From the NCBI GenBank assembly GCA_035326425.1, contig DAOLFG010000005.1:29827-93826 (forward strand): a stretch of 64,000 nucleotides of DNA. Direction: 5' to 3'. Source of the stretch: Geminicoccus sp. GTDB lineage: Bacteria; Pseudomonadota; Alphaproteobacteria; Geminicoccales; Geminicoccaceae. Position 1 is the stretch's first letter, and each line of letters opens with the position of its first letter. A model generated the notes under the pieces. That model made no database searches. It was given only the letters and a program-made list of their open reading frames with translations, and was not told the DNA's origin. Positions 46,140-55,965 of this stretch are shown piece after piece. The position numbers and the translations under genes were made by a program.

Positions 46140-47435
46140 TCAAGGCTTGATGAGACCGAAATAGCGCGGCAGGGCCAGGGTGAGGTCGGGCCACAGGCCG
46201 ATCATCAGCAGGATCAGCGCCCCGCTGGCGATGAAGGGGAGCAGTGCCCGGCCAAGCGTGCCGATGCCGATCTTGGCGATGTTGGCCACGGCGAACAGCA
46301 CGTTGCCGACCGGCGGGGTGATCAGCCCGAGCACGCAGTTGACGATCAGCATGATGCCGAGCTGCACGGGATGGAGGCCCGCCGCCAGCGCCAGCGGCGT
46401 CACGACCGGCGCGAACAGGATAATGGCGATGCTGGCGTCCAGCCACATGCCGCAGAACAGGAAGAACAGGTTGATGATCAGCACGACGCTCAGCAGGTCG
46501 TGACTGACACCCGCCAGCATGGTCTTCACCACCATGGGCAGGTTCTCCATCGCGAAGACCCAGCTCATCGCCGAGGCGCCGGCGATGATGAAGAACAGCC
46601 GTGCCGTGTCCATCGAGGCGGTGGAGAGGATGGGGCCGAGGTCGGCGAGCTTCAGCGTCCGCAGGAAGACGAAGCCGATCACCAGCGAATAGACCACGCA
46701 GGCGGCGGCGGCCTCGGTCGGCGTGAACCAGCCGAGGATGATGCCGCGGATCATGATCACCGGCATGATGATAGCGAAGAAGGCATCGCGGAAGCCGAGG
46801 ATCAGCTTCCTGGGCGTCACCTCGACCTCGACCTTGGGATATTGCTTGCGCCAGGAGATCCACTGCACCTGCGCCATCTGCACCACCGTCATCAGGATGC
46901 CGGGCATGATGGCGGCGGCGAACATGGCACCGACCGAGACGTTGGTGACGGCACAGTAGACGATGATGATGGTGGAAGGCGGGATGATGGCGCCCATCAG
47001 CGCCGATGCGGCGGTGATCGCCGCCGAGAACGGCCGATCGTAGCCCTGCCGCTCCATGGCGTAGATGAACATCCGCCCCTGGCTGGCGATGTCGCCGAGC
47101 GCCACGCCGGTCACACCGGCGAACAGCATCGACGAGACGACATTGACCTGGGCGAGGCCGCCGCGCACCCGGCCGACGATCAGGTTGCAGAAGTCGAACA
47201 GGCGATCCGTGAGGTTCGCCTTGTTCATGATCTCGCCGGTGAGCAGGAAGAACGGTATCGCCATCAGCACGAAGACGTCGATGCCGGTGAACATCTTCTC
47301 CGGCAGCATGCGCAGGAACAGCAGGTTGCCGGAAAACAGGAAATAGGCCGTCGACGACAGCAGCATCACCAGCGCGATGGGCAGGCCGAGCGCCAGCAGC
47401 ACCAGGAAGACCAGGATGAACCCGCCGATGTCCAT
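46140..47435 (-). CDS. dctM: TRAP transporter large permease
   Basis: 431 aa and polytopic, with a DctM family pattern. Confidence 0.9.
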   Translation of the reverse strand: MDIGGFILVFLVLLALGLPIALVMLLSSTAYFLFSGNLLFLRMLPEKMFTGIDVFVLMAIPFFLLTGEIMNKANLTDRLFDFCNLIVGRVRGGLAQVNVVSSMLFAGVTGVALGDIASQGRMFIYAMERQGYDRPFSAAITAASALMGAIIPPSTIIIVYCAVTNVSVGAMFAAAIMPGILMTVVQMAQVQWISWRKQYPKVEVEVTPRKLILGFRDAFFAIIMPVIMIRGIILGWFTPTEAAAACVVYSLVIGFVFLRTLKLADLGPILSTASMDTARLFFIIAGASAMSWVFAMENLPMVVKTMLAGVSHDLLSVVLIINLFFLFCGMWLDASIAIILFAPVVTPLALAAGLHPVQLGIMLIVNCVLGLITPPVGNVLFAVANIAKIGIGTLGRALLPFIASGALILLMIGLWPDLTLALPRYFGLIKP

Positions 47436-47438
47436 GGC

Positions 47439-47945
47439 TCAGCGCGCCGCGTCGACGGGCAGGCGGCCCATGATCTGCAGGACCTCGCGCCATATGTTGA
47501 CCAGCGTGGCCAGGATCATCAGCAGGGCGCCCGCGGGCAGGGCGAGATAGGGAATGCGCATGCTGAGCCCCAGCGCCGGCGCATGCGTGACGGCCCGGGC
47601 ATTGGCCACATGCCAGGACTCGTAGAGCAGGATGACCAGGAAGCCCAAGACCAGCAGACGCAGCAGCAGCGACAGCCCCACTCGTACCCTGGGGCCTAGG
47701 TAGTCGGTGAGGAGATCCATCTGGATGTGGTCGTCGCGCCGCAGCAGCACCGCCGCCCCCAGCATCGACAGCCAGACCAGCAGGAAGCGCGTCAGCTCCT
47801 CGGACCAGGAGAACGAGAAGCCGAGGAAGTTACGGGAGAGGATCAGCAAGGCGATGACGGCCGTCATCAACAGCAGCATCGCGTTGCACAACAGCTCGAC
47901 AATACGGCACACGCCGTCGGTCAGCCGGCTGACACGCTCGTACAT
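47439..47945 (-). CDS. dctQ: TRAP transporter small permease
   Basis: Internal ATG of track ORF 47439..48677 giving 168 aa with 4 TM. The upstream ORF part is a shadow of dctP. Confidence 0.85.
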   Translation of the reverse strand: MYERVSRLTDGVCRIVELLCNAMLLLMTAVIALLILSRNFLGFSFSWSEELTRFLLVWLSMLGAAVLLRRDDHIQMDLLTDYLGPRVRVGLSLLLRLLVLGFLVILLYESWHVANARAVTHAPALGLSMRIPYLALPAGALLMILATLVNIWREVLQIMGRLPVDAAR

Positions 47946-48004
47946 TCGCTTGGTCTCTGGAGACGGCCCGCCGCCGTGATGGCGGTGGGCGGATCCTTGG
48001 CTGC

Positions 48005-49030
48005 TCAGCGATATCCGAAGTGGGTCTCGGCCTCGACGACCGCGGCCAACACCTCGTCGAGCAGCGCCGGATCGACCTTGGTCTTCAGCCACTCGACCGC
48101 CGGCCCCTGCGCCAGCTTGCGGAACTCGGCCTTCTCGGCCGCCGTCGGGTCGTGGATCTCGACCCCCTGCTCCTCGAGCAGGCGCCGGCCGCTGACCTCG
48201 TTGGCGATCGACATGCCGCGATTGGTGGTGAGCGCGATCTCGGCCGCCTGGTCCACCGCCGCCTTCAGCTCGGGCGGCAGGCTCTGGTACCAGGCCTCGT
48301 TCACCGTCACGGTGTTGATGCTGTAGACGTGGCCGTCCAGCACCATGTGCTTCTGCACCTCGTAGAGCTTGGGCACGAGGAAGGTCGGGATGGCGTTCTC
48401 CTGGCCCTGCACCACGCCCGTCTGCAAGGCGGTGTAGAGCTCGCCCCAGGCGATCGGCGTCGGCGACATGCCGAGGCTCCTGGCGATCTCCATGTGCAGC
48501 GGATGGTTCATCGTCCGCATCTTCAGCCCGGCCATGTCGGCCACCGACCGCAGCGGTGTATTGGCGCTGTAGTGGCGGAAGCCGCCGTTCTCCGACCAGT
48601 AGAGCGGCCGCAGCCCGACCTCCTTGGCCATGCGCTCGCGCAGCTTGTCGCCGACCGGCCCGTCGAGCACGCGCCACGCCACCTCGCGGCTGACGAACAG
48701 GTAGGGCACACCCAGCACCTGCACGTCCGGGAAGGTCGAGGCGAAATGGCCGTCGGCCGGATCGCTGGCCTGGATGATGCCGTCACGGGTCTGGTTGACC
48801 AGCGATTCGATGCCACCGAGCTGGGCGCCCGGATACATCTCGACGTCGATGCGGCCGCCCGAGCGCGCCTCGATCTCGCGCGCCAGCACCTCGTAGGGCG
48901 TCCAGGAGAAGTTGTTCTCCATCTCGGGCGAGGCCGAGGCGAAGCGCATGGTGAACTCGGCGCCGTCGGCACCCTGTGACAGCACCAGCACCGTTCCGAG
49001 CGCCAAGCTGCCCAGGAACTGCTTGAGCAT
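48005..49030 (-). CDS. dctP: TRAP transporter substrate-binding protein
   Basis: The last 341 aa of track ORF 48005..49657. Signal peptide MLKQFLGSLALGTVLVLS and a DctP family pattern (conserved Arg region HYSANTPLR). Confidence 0.9.
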   Translation of the reverse strand: MLKQFLGSLALGTVLVLSQGADGAEFTMRFASASPEMENNFSWTPYEVLAREIEARSGGRIDVEMYPGAQLGGIESLVNQTRDGIIQASDPADGHFASTFPDVQVLGVPYLFVSREVAWRVLDGPVGDKLRERMAKEVGLRPLYWSENGGFRHYSANTPLRSVADMAGLKMRTMNHPLHMEIARSLGMSPTPIAWGELYTALQTGVVQGQENAIPTFLVPKLYEVQKHMVLDGHVYSINTVTVNEAWYQSLPPELKAAVDQAAEIALTTNRGMSIANEVSGRRLLEEQGVEIHDPTAAEKAEFRKLAQGPAVEWLKTKVDPALLDEVLAAVVEAETHFGYR

Positions 49031-49080
49031 GTGAAGGCCTCCCCGCCTCACCGGGCGCGCAGCCCGAGTCTGCCGCCCGC

Positions 49081-49097
49081 TTGTATGTAACACACAA
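49081..49097. promoter_or_regulatory. GntR/FadR-type operator-like palindrome in the dctP/gntR divergent region
   Basis: TTGTATGT-a-ACACACAA (7 of 8 arm positions symmetric). Fits the t.GT...AC.a theme of GntR-family sites. Coordinates +/-1. Confidence 0.45.
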
Positions 49098-49133
49098 CCT
49101 GAGCCATGATGTCGCGGCGGCCGGAGCCGGTCA

Positions 49134-49916
49134 ATGGCCGGCGGCGATCCCGGCAGCGAGCCAAGGGGTCGGGGAGAGGCCATGCGGAGCGAGGGCGGCG
49201 TGCCGACGACAGGCGCCGCGGTGATCCGGCGCGTCGAGCGCCCGCGCTCGCTCACGGCCATCGTGATCGAGCAGATTCGCGACCGCATCGTCACGGGAGA
49301 GCTGCGGCTGGGCGAGCAGCTGAGCGAGAACGTGCTGGCGGAGCAGCTGGGCGTCAGCCGCACGCCGGTACGCGAGGCCTTCCTCAAGCTCGCCGTCGAG
49401 CGGCTGGTCGAGGTCCGCCCGCAGCGCGGCACCTTCGTCTTCGCCTGCGACCAGACGGGCGTGAAGGACATCTGCGAGCTGCGAGAGATCCTGGAGACCG
49501 GCGCCCTGCGCCTCGCCACGGCGCGCGACCGCGCCGGCCTGTTGGCCGGCCTCGAGGCCAACATCGCCGACGCCGAGGCGGCAAGGGTCGAGAGCTCCGA
49601 CCAGTACCAGCCCTTCGACCACGCTTTCCACGAGCTGATCGTGTCGGGCAGCGGCAACCGCCAGCTGATCGAGGCCTACGGCCAGATCGCCGGCCGGGTC
49701 CGTGCCCTGCGCTACCGGCTGATCCGCACGCTGGATCAGGTCGAAGACTCGCAGCAGGCCCATCGCGCCGTGGCAGGGGCGGTGCGGTCGGGCGACGACG
49801 CCGGTGCCGAGGCGGCGCTGCGCGACCATGTCTACAGCAGCTATCGGGCGCTGATCGAGTTGTTCGACGAGGGCGGCCGCATCGACCGCGATCCCGTCGT
49901 CAGGGAGGCGAGATGA
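49134..49916 (+). CDS. GntR family (FadR/FCD subfamily) transcriptional regulator
   Basis: wHTH L.E..LAEQLGVSRTPVREAF..L and an all-helical FCD-type C-domain. An alternative start at 49182 (MRSEGG) is possible. Confidence 0.85.
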   Translation: MAGGDPGSEPRGRGEAMRSEGGVPTTGAAVIRRVERPRSLTAIVIEQIRDRIVTGELRLGEQLSENVLAEQLGVSRTPVREAFLKLAVERLVEVRPQRGTFVFACDQTGVKDICELREILETGALRLATARDRAGLLAGLEANIADAEAARVESSDQYQPFDHAFHELIVSGSGNRQLIEAYGQIAGRVRALRYRLIRTLDQVEDSQQAHRAVAGAVRSGDDAGAEAALRDHVYSSYRALIELFDEGGRIDRDPVVREAR

Positions 49917-51109
49917 AGATCACCAACGTTCGCGTGCGCCAGGTCACCGGCACGCTGCGCAGTGAAAGGAAGTTCTGGGAGGAGCGGCTGGTGCGGCCGA
50001 TCGACATCTACCCGGACTACCGCAAGCAGCCGCCGCTCGAGATCGGCGGCCGGCCGATCGACGACAATACCATCAGGCTCACCCAGTGGTTCGTCCAGGT
50101 CGAGACCGACGAGGGTGTCGTCGGCATCGGCGGCCCGACCTGGCCCGATGCCGCCCGCATCGTCGCCAGCCAGCTCGCCCCCATCGTCGTGGGCAAGGAT
50201 CCGCTGGCGCACGAGCTGCTCTGGGACCAGATGCACCGCCTGCAGGTGCATGGCCGCCAGGGCCAGACCATGATCGCCATCTCGGCGCTCGACTGTGCTC
50301 TGTGGGACCTCAAGGGCCGCGCCTTCGGCCAGCCGCTGTGGCGCATCCTCGGCGGCAAGACCCGCGACGAGATGCCGGCCTATGCCAGCATGCTGGGCTA
50401 CGCCGTCGAGGACCCGGGCCGCGTCCGCGAGCGGGCGCTCGAATACAAGGAGAAGGGCTACAAGGCGCAGAAGTGGTTCTTCCGCCACGGCCCGATGAGC
50501 GGCTACGACGGCCTCAAGAAGAATGTCGCCCTGGTGCGGACCCTGCGCGAGACTCTGGGCGACGACTACGACATCATGCTCGACTGCTGGCAGAGCATGA
50601 ACCTCGACTATGCGGTCGACCTCTGCTCACGCATCGAGGAGTACCGGCCGCGCTGGATCGAGGAGGCGTTCATGCCGGACCGCATCGACAGCCACGTCAA
50701 GCTCAAGGCCAAGACGCGCATCCCACTGTCCGGTGCCGAGCACGAGTACACCCGCTGGGGCTTCAAGCGGTTCATCGAGAAGGACGCGCTGGATATCATC
50801 CAGCCCGACATCTACTGGTGCGGCGGCCTCTCCGAGACCCTGAAGATCACCGCCTACGCCACCGTCCACGACCTGATCGTGATCCCGCACGGCCATTCGA
50901 CGCCGATCGGCATCCACTACTCGGTGGCACAATCACCGATCCACACGCCCTACCAGGAATATCTTTCCAAGTGGAACGAGATCAACATGCACTTCCTGGC
51001 GCATCCGCTGCGCCCGGAGAACGGCGTCATCGCGGTGCCGGATGCGCCGGGGGCCAACATGGATCTCGACCCGGCGAAGATCGAGAGCGAGGTGGAGCTG
51101 ACGGCTTGA
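49913..51109 (+). CDS. Enolase-superfamily sugar-acid dehydratase (mandelate racemase / rhamnonate dehydratase-like)
   Basis: ATG overlaps the gntR stop (ATGA). 398 aa. ALDCALWDLKG, metal ligands in the DCWQ, EEA and GAEHE contexts, and PHGHS. Confidence 0.85.
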   Translation: MKITNVRVRQVTGTLRSERKFWEERLVRPIDIYPDYRKQPPLEIGGRPIDDNTIRLTQWFVQVETDEGVVGIGGPTWPDAARIVASQLAPIVVGKDPLAHELLWDQMHRLQVHGRQGQTMIAISALDCALWDLKGRAFGQPLWRILGGKTRDEMPAYASMLGYAVEDPGRVRERALEYKEKGYKAQKWFFRHGPMSGYDGLKKNVALVRTLRETLGDDYDIMLDCWQSMNLDYAVDLCSRIEEYRPRWIEEAFMPDRIDSHVKLKAKTRIPLSGAEHEYTRWGFKRFIEKDALDIIQPDIYWCGGLSETLKITAYATVHDLIVIPHGHSTPIGIHYSVAQSPIHTPYQEYLSKWNEINMHFLAHPLRPENGVIAVPDAPGANMDLDPAKIESEVELTA

Positions 51110-51139
51110 GGTGCCGAACCGGCTGAGCGCCGCCAGGCT

Positions 51140-51871
51140 TCAAGCGAGCGCTGCCCTCACGCGCCGATCATAGTCCGCCGCCAAGGCTCGCAGCGCTGCC
51201 GCCCCATCGCCGCTGAATGACGGCCCGTGCATCAGCGCCAGCGTGCGCGGCGACAGCGCCGCCAGCCGCCGGATCGTGGCACCCATGCCGGGGTTCAGGC
51301 TCGAGGAGCGGAACATGTCCTCGGTGGCGATGGCTGGTCCGACGATGTCGGACTCGGTGAGGGCGGCACCGTCGCCGATCTGGGTGAACAGATCTCCACA
51401 GAGCAGGGTGGCGCTGCCCTCCTCGAACAGCACGCCCGCATCCCAGCCGTGCGGGATGTGTGGCGTGTCGAGGTAGCGCACGCGCCGGCCTGCCCCGAGG
51501 TCGATGACCTCGCCGTCGGCCAGCACGCGCGGCGGCTTGTCGGCCATATCGTCGAGCGAGACCATGCAGCCGGTCGCGCCGTGCGCCACCTGCGCCTGCG
51601 GGGCCACCGCCAGCCACTCGTTCATGGCACCGCACTCGTCGGCCTCGTAGTGGCCGAAGGCGATCCAGCGCAGACGCTCGGGCGGGAGGATCCGGGCTAC
51701 GGCGTCGCGCACCAGCGGGAACATTCGCCGCAGGCCGGTATGGAAGAGCAGCGGCTCGTCGCCCAGCACCAGGAACTGGTTGAAGGTGAACCCTGCCGGC
51801 GGGGCGATCTGCGGCACGAAGGTCGAAAGGCGATAGATTCCATCGGCGATCTCGTCGACCCGTGTGCTCAT
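51140..51871 (-). CDS. MBL-fold metallo-hydrolase / ODP-like protein
   Basis: 243 aa. IYRLSTFV...FNQFLV and a modified H.E.D motif (FGHYEADECG), as in di-iron lactamase-like domains. Confidence 0.7.
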   Translation of the reverse strand: MSTRVDEIADGIYRLSTFVPQIAPPAGFTFNQFLVLGDEPLLFHTGLRRMFPLVRDAVARILPPERLRWIAFGHYEADECGAMNEWLAVAPQAQVAHGATGCMVSLDDMADKPPRVLADGEVIDLGAGRRVRYLDTPHIPHGWDAGVLFEEGSATLLCGDLFTQIGDGAALTESDIVGPAIATEDMFRSSSLNPGMGATIRRLAALSPRTLALMHGPSFSGDGAAALRALAADYDRRVRAALA

Positions 51872-51959
51872 GGTGCCCTCCTGCGCGTCGGGAGCAGCCG
51901 GTTCCCCGCCGGCTCCGCGAGCTGCGGCGCCGACGCTATCACGGATGCGCCCCGTCAGC

Positions 51960-52913
51960 TCAGCGCGGCGCCGCCGCGCGCCTCAGCCGGTCACCGATCG
52001 CCTCGCCCAACCCGTCGGCGGTTGGAACGGGCATCACCGCAATGGCGCCCGCTCCGCTGGCGTCCAGCTCGCGCAGCATCGCGAACAGATTGGCGGCCGC
52101 CTCCGCCACATCGCCGGACGGGCTCAGGTTGCGCACCGCCACAGCTCCCTCCGGCACCTCGGGCCCGAAGGCCAGCAGCGCTTCGCCGGCACGGACGTCC
52201 AGGGCATCCAGCCGCACCGGCAGGCGCGGCGCATAATGGCTCGGCAGCTGGCCCGGCGAGCTCGGCGCCGTGGTGGCGACGGGATCGCCCAATGGCCCGA
52301 CCAGACGCTCGATGGCGGCCCGGCCCAGGCCACCCGGTCGCAGCAATCGAGGCGTGCCGCCGCTGAGGTCGACCACCGTGCTCTCGACGCCCACCTGGCA
52401 GGCGCCGCCGTCGAGGACGAGAGCCAGCCTGTCGCCGAGGTCCTCCGCCACATGGGCGGCGGTGGTCGGACTGACACGGCCCGAGGGGTTGGCGCTGGGG
52501 GCGGTCACCGGTGCCGCGGTTTCGCGCAGCAGGGCTTGCGCGACCGGATGGCCCGGCACGCGGACCGCCACGGTCGAAAGTCCGGCGGTCGCCAGAGCGG
52601 AGATGCCCGCCGTCTCGATCAGCGGCAGCACCAGCGTCAGCGGCCCCGGCCAGAACGCCCGCGCCAGCCGGGCCGCACGCTCGTCGAACCGCCCGAGGCG
52701 CCCTGCGGCATCGCTGTCGGCGACATGCACGATCAACGGGTTGTGTCGCGGCCTGCCCTTGGCGGCGAAGGTGGCGGCGACGGCAGTGTCGCTGGTGGCG
52801 AGCGCGCCCAGGCCGTACACCGTCTCGGTCGGGAAGGCGACGAGCCGGCCCTCCCGCAGCAGCCGGGCCGCCCGGCCGATGCCGGCCGGGGTCGGCTCGA
52901 CGATCAGGGTCAA
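51960..52913 (-). CDS. tsaC: L-threonylcarbamoyladenylate synthase (YrdC plus Sua5 domains)
   Basis: 317 aa. FPTETVYGLGA, KGRP..NPLIVH and a C-terminal Sua5 domain. Confidence 0.9.
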   Translation of the reverse strand: MTLIVEPTPAGIGRAARLLREGRLVAFPTETVYGLGALATSDTAVAATFAAKGRPRHNPLIVHVADSDAAGRLGRFDERAARLARAFWPGPLTLVLPLIETAGISALATAGLSTVAVRVPGHPVAQALLRETAAPVTAPSANPSGRVSPTTAAHVAEDLGDRLALVLDGGACQVGVESTVVDLSGGTPRLLRPGGLGRAAIERLVGPLGDPVATTAPSSPGQLPSHYAPRLPVRLDALDVRAGEALLAFGPEVPEGAVAVRNLSPSGDVAEAAANLFAMLRELDASGAGAIAVMPVPTADGLGEAIGDRLRRAAAPR

Positions 52914-53503
52914 ATGTCGCGGCGCAGGGTTCTGAGCCCGGCGGCGGCGAGCGCCGTCACCAGCAGCAGCTTCACCAAGTCACCCAGCAGGAACGGCACC
53001 ACGCCCAGCGTGATGGCCTTGTCGAGGCCGACCATCGTCGCCAGCCAGCCGGCACCCAGGAGGTAGATTGCCGCCGTGGCGACCAGCACGCCGGTGCCGA
53101 TGCTCAGCCAGTGTGAGGAGCGCTCGGCGAACCAGCCGGTGACGAAGGCGGCGACGGCGAAGCCCAGGAGATAGCCGCCGGTCGGCCCCAGCATATAGGG
53201 CAGGCCCAGGCCCTTCTCCGGCGTGCCGGCGAACACCGGCCAGCCGATCGCGCCCTGCGCCAGGTACAGCAGGATGGTGGCGGCACCCAGGCGCGGGCCG
53301 TAGGCGATGCCGATCAGGAAGGCCACCGCCGTCTGCATGGTCATCGGCACCGGGTAGAACGGCACCTGCACCTTGGCCGAGGCCCACATCAGCAGGCTGC
53401 CGGCCACCGCCAGCACGACCATGCGCAGGCCCCGCTCGGCCGGCGTCGAGGCCGTCCAGAAGCGTTCGGCCAAAGTCGTGGCGGAGCCTCGGGCATTCAG
53501 CAT
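52910..53503 (-). CDS. bioY: Biotin transporter BioY
   Basis: VQVPFYPVPMTMQT......G, GGYL.GF and about 6 TM. Start taken at the second Met (an alternative is 53557). The stop overlaps the tsaC start. Confidence 0.85.
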   Translation of the reverse strand: MLNARGSATTLAERFWTASTPAERGLRMVVLAVAGSLLMWASAKVQVPFYPVPMTMQTAVAFLIGIAYGPRLGAATILLYLAQGAIGWPVFAGTPEKGLGLPYMLGPTGGYLLGFAVAAFVTGWFAERSSHWLSIGTGVLVATAAIYLLGAGWLATMVGLDKAITLGVVPFLLGDLVKLLLVTALAAAGLRTLRRDI

Positions 53504-53608
53504 GGTCGGTTCCCGCGTTGCGCTGCTGTCTCGATCATAGGGCTCTGCAAGGGGCACGCCAGTCCCGCGGCCGCGTCAACGCAGCGCTCGCCAGCCCCTT
53601 GCGCTGCG

Positions 53609-54850
53609 TCACCGCAGCGCCTGCCAGCCTATGTCGCGGCGGCAGAACCCCTCGGGCCAATCGATCCGATCGACCGCGGCGTAGGCGCGCTGCTGCGCTC
53701 GTCGGAGGTCGCTGCCGAGCCCCGTCACGGCGAGCACGCGGCCGCCATCGGCCAGGATGCGATCGCCGTCGCGCCGTGTGCCGGCGTGGAAGACGAGCAG
53801 GTCGGGATCGCCCATGAGCGCTTCGAGCCCGCGGATCTCCGTGCCGCGCGCGTAACCGCCGGGATAGCCCTCGGACGCCATCACCACCGTCAGGGCATGG
53901 CTCGGCAGCCAGCGCAGGTTCATGTGGCCGAGCATGCCGTCGAGTGCGCCGAGCAGGAGCTGCCCCAGATCCGTCATCAGCCGCGGCAGCACCACCTGGG
54001 CCTCGGGGTCGCCGAAGCGGACATTATACTCGATCAGCTTGGGCCCGTCGGCCGTCAGCATCAGTCCGGCATAGAGAAAGCCGGTGAACGGCGACCCCTC
54101 GGCCTTCATGCCGGCTAGCGTCGGGCGTACGATCTCGCGCATCACTTGCTCGATCATGGCGGCATCGAGGATGGGCGCCGGCGAATAGGCGCCCATGCCG
54201 CCGGTGTTCGGCCCCCGGTCGCCGTCGAAGGCACGCTTGTGGTCCTGGGCGGTGCCGATCTCGAGAGCATGGCTGCCGTCGCACAAGGCGAACAGGCTGG
54301 CCTCCTCGCCGACCAGGCACTCCTCGATCACCAGCGTGCCGTCGGCGCCGTCGATGGCCGCCAGCGCCTCGTCGACGGTGGCGGCGACGACGACGCCCTT
54401 GCCGGCGGCGAGCCCGTCGGCCTTGACGACGATGGGCGCGCCGCGCTCGCGGACATGGGCGCGCGCGGCATCGAGGTCGCTGAAGGCGGCATAGTCGGCG
54501 GTGGGAATGCCGTGGCGGCGGCAGAAATCCTTGGTGAAGGCCTTCGACCCCTCGAGCCTCGCCGCGGCGGCCGTCGGCCCGAAGGCGCGGATGCCGGCTT
54601 CGGCCAGCCGGTCGACCAGGCCCAGCACCAGCGGCAGCTCGGGACCCACCACCACGAGGCCCGCCTGCTCGGCCCTGGCCAGCGCCACGATGCCGTCGAG
54701 GTCGTCGACGGCCACCGGCACGCAGCGCGCCTCGGCGGCGATGCCGGCGTTGCCGGGCGCACAGACGACCTCGGTGACGAGCGGCGAGGCGGCGAGCGCC
54801 CAGCACAGCGCGTGCTCGCGGCCGCCGGAGCCGATGACCAGAACTTTCAT
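53609..54850 (-). CDS. purD: Phosphoribosylamine--glycine ligase
   Basis: Internal ATG (residue 59) of track ORF 53609..55024. MKVLVIGSGGREHAL and an ATP-grasp pattern. Confidence 0.95.
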   Translation of the reverse strand: MKVLVIGSGGREHALCWALAASPLVTEVVCAPGNAGIAAEARCVPVAVDDLDGIVALARAEQAGLVVVGPELPLVLGLVDRLAEAGIRAFGPTAAAARLEGSKAFTKDFCRRHGIPTADYAAFSDLDAARAHVRERGAPIVVKADGLAAGKGVVVAATVDEALAAIDGADGTLVIEECLVGEEASLFALCDGSHALEIGTAQDHKRAFDGDRGPNTGGMGAYSPAPILDAAMIEQVMREIVRPTLAGMKAEGSPFTGFLYAGLMLTADGPKLIEYNVRFGDPEAQVVLPRLMTDLGQLLLGALDGMLGHMNLRWLPSHALTVVMASEGYPGGYARGTEIRGLEALMGDPDLLVFHAGTRRDGDRILADGGRVLAVTGLGSDLRRAQQRAYAAVDRIDWPEGFCRRDIGWQALR

Positions 54851-54918
54851 GGGAAGCGGGTTTAGGCGGCGGCCGGAAGCTCGTAAACTGCATCCGTCGC
54901 GAGCTTGAGGATGCGGAC

Positions 54919-55965
54919 ATGGCGGAGAGCAGGGCCGAGGTCGCCGTACTGGGCGCCAGCGGCTACACGGGTGCGGAGCTGGTGCGGCTGCTGGCGCGGC
55001 ATCCGCGCCTGCGCATCGGAGCACTCACCGCCGAGCGCCAAGCCGGCAAGCCCCTCGCCGCCGTGTTCCCGCACCTGGCGGCGGCCAGGGCTCCCGACCT
55101 CGTCAAGATCGACGACGTCGATTTTGGCCGGATGGACGCGGTGTTCTGCGCCCTGCCGCACGCCACGACGCAAGCCGTCATCAAGGCGCTGCCGGCCGGT
55201 CTCAAGGTCGTCGACCTGTCGGCCGATTTCCGGCTGCGCGATCCGGCGCTCTACGAGCGGGTCTACGGCCACGTCCATCAGGCACCGGATCTGCAGGAGA
55301 TCGCGGCCTACGGCCTGACCGAGCATTACCGTGACGCCGTCCAGGGCACACGGCTCGTCGCCAACCCCGGCTGCTACACCACGACCTCGGAGCTGCCGCT
55401 GATCCCGCTCCTGAAGGAGCGGCTGATCGATCCCGACGACATCGTCATCGACGCCAAATCGGGCGTCAGCGGCGCCGGCCGCGATGCGAAGCAGGGCAGC
55501 CTGTTCAGCGAGGTCGGCGAGAGTTTCGCCGCCTATGGCGTGGCGACGCACCGGCACGGCCCCGAGATCGACCAGTGCCTGGCCGACTTCGCCGGACGGC
55601 CGGTGACGGTGGCGTTCACGCCGCACCTCGTGCCGATGAGCCGCGGCATCTTCGCCACCATCTACGTCGAGCTGGCCCAGGGCGTATCGCCGGGCGACCT
55701 GCACGCCCGGCTCGAGGCCGCCTATGCCGACGAGTTCTTCGTCCGTGTCCTGCCGTTCGCCGAGACCACCGCGACCCAGCATGTCCGCGGCACCAATTTC
55801 TGCCACATCGCCGTCCACCCCGACCGGCGGCCGGGCCGGGCGATCCTGCTCAGCGTCACCGACAATCTGGTCAAGGGAGCCTCGGGGCAGGCGCTGCAGA
55901 ACCTCAACCTGATGCTCGGCTTCGACGAGCGGGCGGGGCTGGAGCAGCTGGCGCTGTTCCCGTGA
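54919..55965 (+). CDS. argC: N-acetyl-gamma-glutamyl-phosphate reductase
   Basis: 348 aa. GASGYTG.EL and the catalytic NPGCYTT. Confidence 0.95.
   Translation: MAESRAEVAVLGASGYTGAELVRLLARHPRLRIGALTAERQAGKPLAAVFPHLAAARAPDLVKIDDVDFGRMDAVFCALPHATTQAVIKALPAGLKVVDLSADFRLRDPALYERVYGHVHQAPDLQEIAAYGLTEHYRDAVQGTRLVANPGCYTTTSELPLIPLLKERLIDPDDIVIDAKSGVSGAGRDAKQGSLFSEVGESFAAYGVATHRHGPEIDQCLADFAGRPVTVAFTPHLVPMSRGIFATIYVELAQGVSPGDLHARLEAAYADEFFVRVLPFAETTATQHVRGTNFCHIAVHPDRRPGRAILLSVTDNLVKGASGQALQNLNLMLGFDERAGLEQLALFP

Noticed and set aside
45034-47493. 819-aa minus-strand ORF spanning the fbpA-like gene and dctM
   Set aside because: It is out of frame with the real dctM (46140..47435) and antisense to the FbpA-like gene. 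Low-complexity translation.
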